A stretch of DNA of 64,000 nt from Somniosus microcephalus (lineage: Eukaryota). The position numbers and the translations under genes were made by a program. This document shows positions 62,662 through 64,000 of the stretch, in pieces. The stretch lies in contig CM126214.1 of NCBI GenBank assembly GCA_052327205.1, positions 155,496,001 to 155,560,000 on the forward strand. The letters are read 5' to 3'. The notes below the pieces were generated by a model that ran no database searches, was not told the DNA's origin, and was given only the letters and a program-made list of their open reading frames with translations. How positions within the stretch are numbered: position 1 is the first letter of the stretch; every line of letters begins with the position of its first letter.

Positions 62662-64000
62662 ATGCCTAAACGAGGTAATATCACCAAATGCTATCGTTGT
62701 GGGAAGTCAACACACGACCAAAAGCAATGCTGGGGTAAAAACCAGGAATGCTGGAAATGTGGCAAGATCGGGCACATAGCTAAAGTGTGCCAGTCAGGAA
62801 CGACGTGCAACAATAATGAGTCCTCACAAAAATGGGACAGAAAGGTACATGACGCAAATAGGAAGAGTCTGAAGGAACAGAAGTCGGACACACACGCCAA
62901 AGGCAGAGGACTGGACGGTCTAAGAATTCACAACGTGAGCAATGAAGCCGACCGTCAAACTATTTGGATAACGCTACCGATTGAAAAGGTCCCAGTAAAA
63001 ATGGAAGTGGACACCGGATCGGCGTTGACGGTCATGAATAAGCATGACTATCAAAAGTTTTTCAAGCATATTCCACTACGGGATGCGGATCTGATACTGA
63101 AGACATACACGGGGCAAAAAGTATTCCCCATCGGGAAGATAGAGGTCAAGGTGAAATACAAAGATAAAGTTCACCACCGGTTGGAGCTGTATGTGTTGTC
63201 TGAGGGAGGCCCACCACTTCTGGGACGGGAGTGGATCCGGAAAATAAAGATGGATTGGCATGCACTAAACACCATGACGGTGGAGCCCGAAAAAGAGGAC
63301 GTCAAACCTGAACGGTTGGCCAGAATATTAGACGAAGCTAAAGAGGTATTCCAGCAAGGACTGGGAAAGCTACGAGGTATTAAAGCAAAGGTCAAGATTG
63401 CAGAACATGCAAGCCCAAAGTTTTGTAAGGCCAGGTTGGTACCATATGCAATACGACCAGCAGTGGAGGCAGAACTAGAAGAACTTGAACGATCAGGGGT
63501 TCTGTCAAAAGTAGACCACAGTGAGTGGGCCACGGCCATTGTACCCGTCATGAAATCCTCACCAAGTAGTAAGCCAGGGGGACCGGGGAAGGTCCGTATC
63601 TGCGGGGATTTCAAGATCACAGTGAACCCGGTGCTTCAGTCGGTACAATACCCGCTGCCAAGGATTGAAGATATTTTCGCTTCGTTGGCTGGAGGAAAAC
63701 ACTTCACGAAGATAGACCTAGCTCAGGCATATTTACAGATGGAGGTTGAGGAAGAGTCACGCCAATACCTAACTATCAATACCCACAGAGGGTTGTACCG
63801 TTATAACAGACTGGTCTTTGGAGTGGCTTCGGCACCAGCAATTTGGCAGAGGGCCATGGAACAGGTGTTACAAGGAATTCCAAGCACGCAGTGCTATTTG
63901 GATGATATCCTAATCACGGGAATGGATGAAGAGGAACACCTCACGAATTTGAAACTGGTACTCACCAGGTTAAAGGAGTATGGCCTTAGGGTTAACCGCA
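62662..64000 (+). CDS. Capsid-less Gag-Pol polyprotein (NC-PR-RT...), at least 446 codons, open to the window end
   Basis: Manual translation without stops: MPKRGNIT-KCYRCGKSTHDQKQC-WGKNQE-CWKCGKIGHIAKVC...MEVDTGS...SEWATAIVPV...RICGDFK...YLDD; absent from the ORF track because no stop lies in the window. Confidence 0.9.
   Translation, partial: MPKRGNITKCYRCGKSTHDQKQCWGKNQECWKCGKIGHIAKVCQSGTTCNNNESSQKWDRKVHDANRKSLKEQKSDTHAKGRGLDGLRIHNVSNEADRQTIWITLPIEKVPVKMEVDTGSALTVMNKHDYQKFFKHIPLRDADLILKTYTGQKVFPIGKIEVKVKYKDKVHHRLELYVLSEGGPPLLGREWIRKIKMDWHALNTMTVEPEKEDVKPERLARILDEAKEVFQQGLGKLRGIKAKVKIAEHASPKFCKARLVPYAIRPAVEAELEELERSGVLSKVDHSEWATAIVPVMKSSPSSKPGGPGKVRICGDFKITVNPVLQSVQYPLPRIEDIFASLAGGKHFTKIDLAQAYLQMEVEEESRQYLTINTHRGLYRYNRLVFGVASAPAIWQRAMEQVLQGIPSTQCYLDDILITGMDEEEHLTNLKLVLTRLKEYGLRVNR

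Larger units (their letters stand above)
61610..64000 (+). mobile_element. Young Ty3/Gypsy LTR retrotransposon, 5' part (runs off the window)
   Basis: 254-bp TG...CA LTR, PBS, CpG-rich leader, uninterrupted ORF closely related to 32129-36902. Confidence 0.93.

Overview
Eukaryotic, repeat-saturated DNA, almost certainly from a cartilaginous fish (shark). This rests on HE1-type V-SINE, Deu-domain SINE and HER1/CR1-type LINE sequences recognised from memory, not from a database search. No complete host gene is visible; two phase-compatible candidate minus-strand exons (31364-31394, 9065-9132) hint that much of the window is intronic. The window is a nested transposon landscape with four main components. 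(i) A PIF/Harbinger system at several stages: a decayed two-gene element (Myb/SANT plus HARBI1-like transposase, 3258-7656), a transposase-less element with an intact spliced Myb ORF (18203-19836), and about a dozen MITEs, most with 3-bp TSDs. (ii) Ty3/Gypsy elements: a full-length decayed copy (31828-37681), a solo LTR, a gag-protease relic, and a young copy (61610 to window end). The young copy has an unbroken ORF, missed by the ORF track, that lacks the capsid domain through a clean in-frame deletion. (iii) Penelope-like insertions carrying minimal hammerhead-ribozyme motifs. (iv) CR1, L2 and Vingi LINE fragments, plus a CR1-group family whose internally deleted copy starts with a tRNA-like head. 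Coordinates were counted by eye; boundaries of old repeats are approximate.
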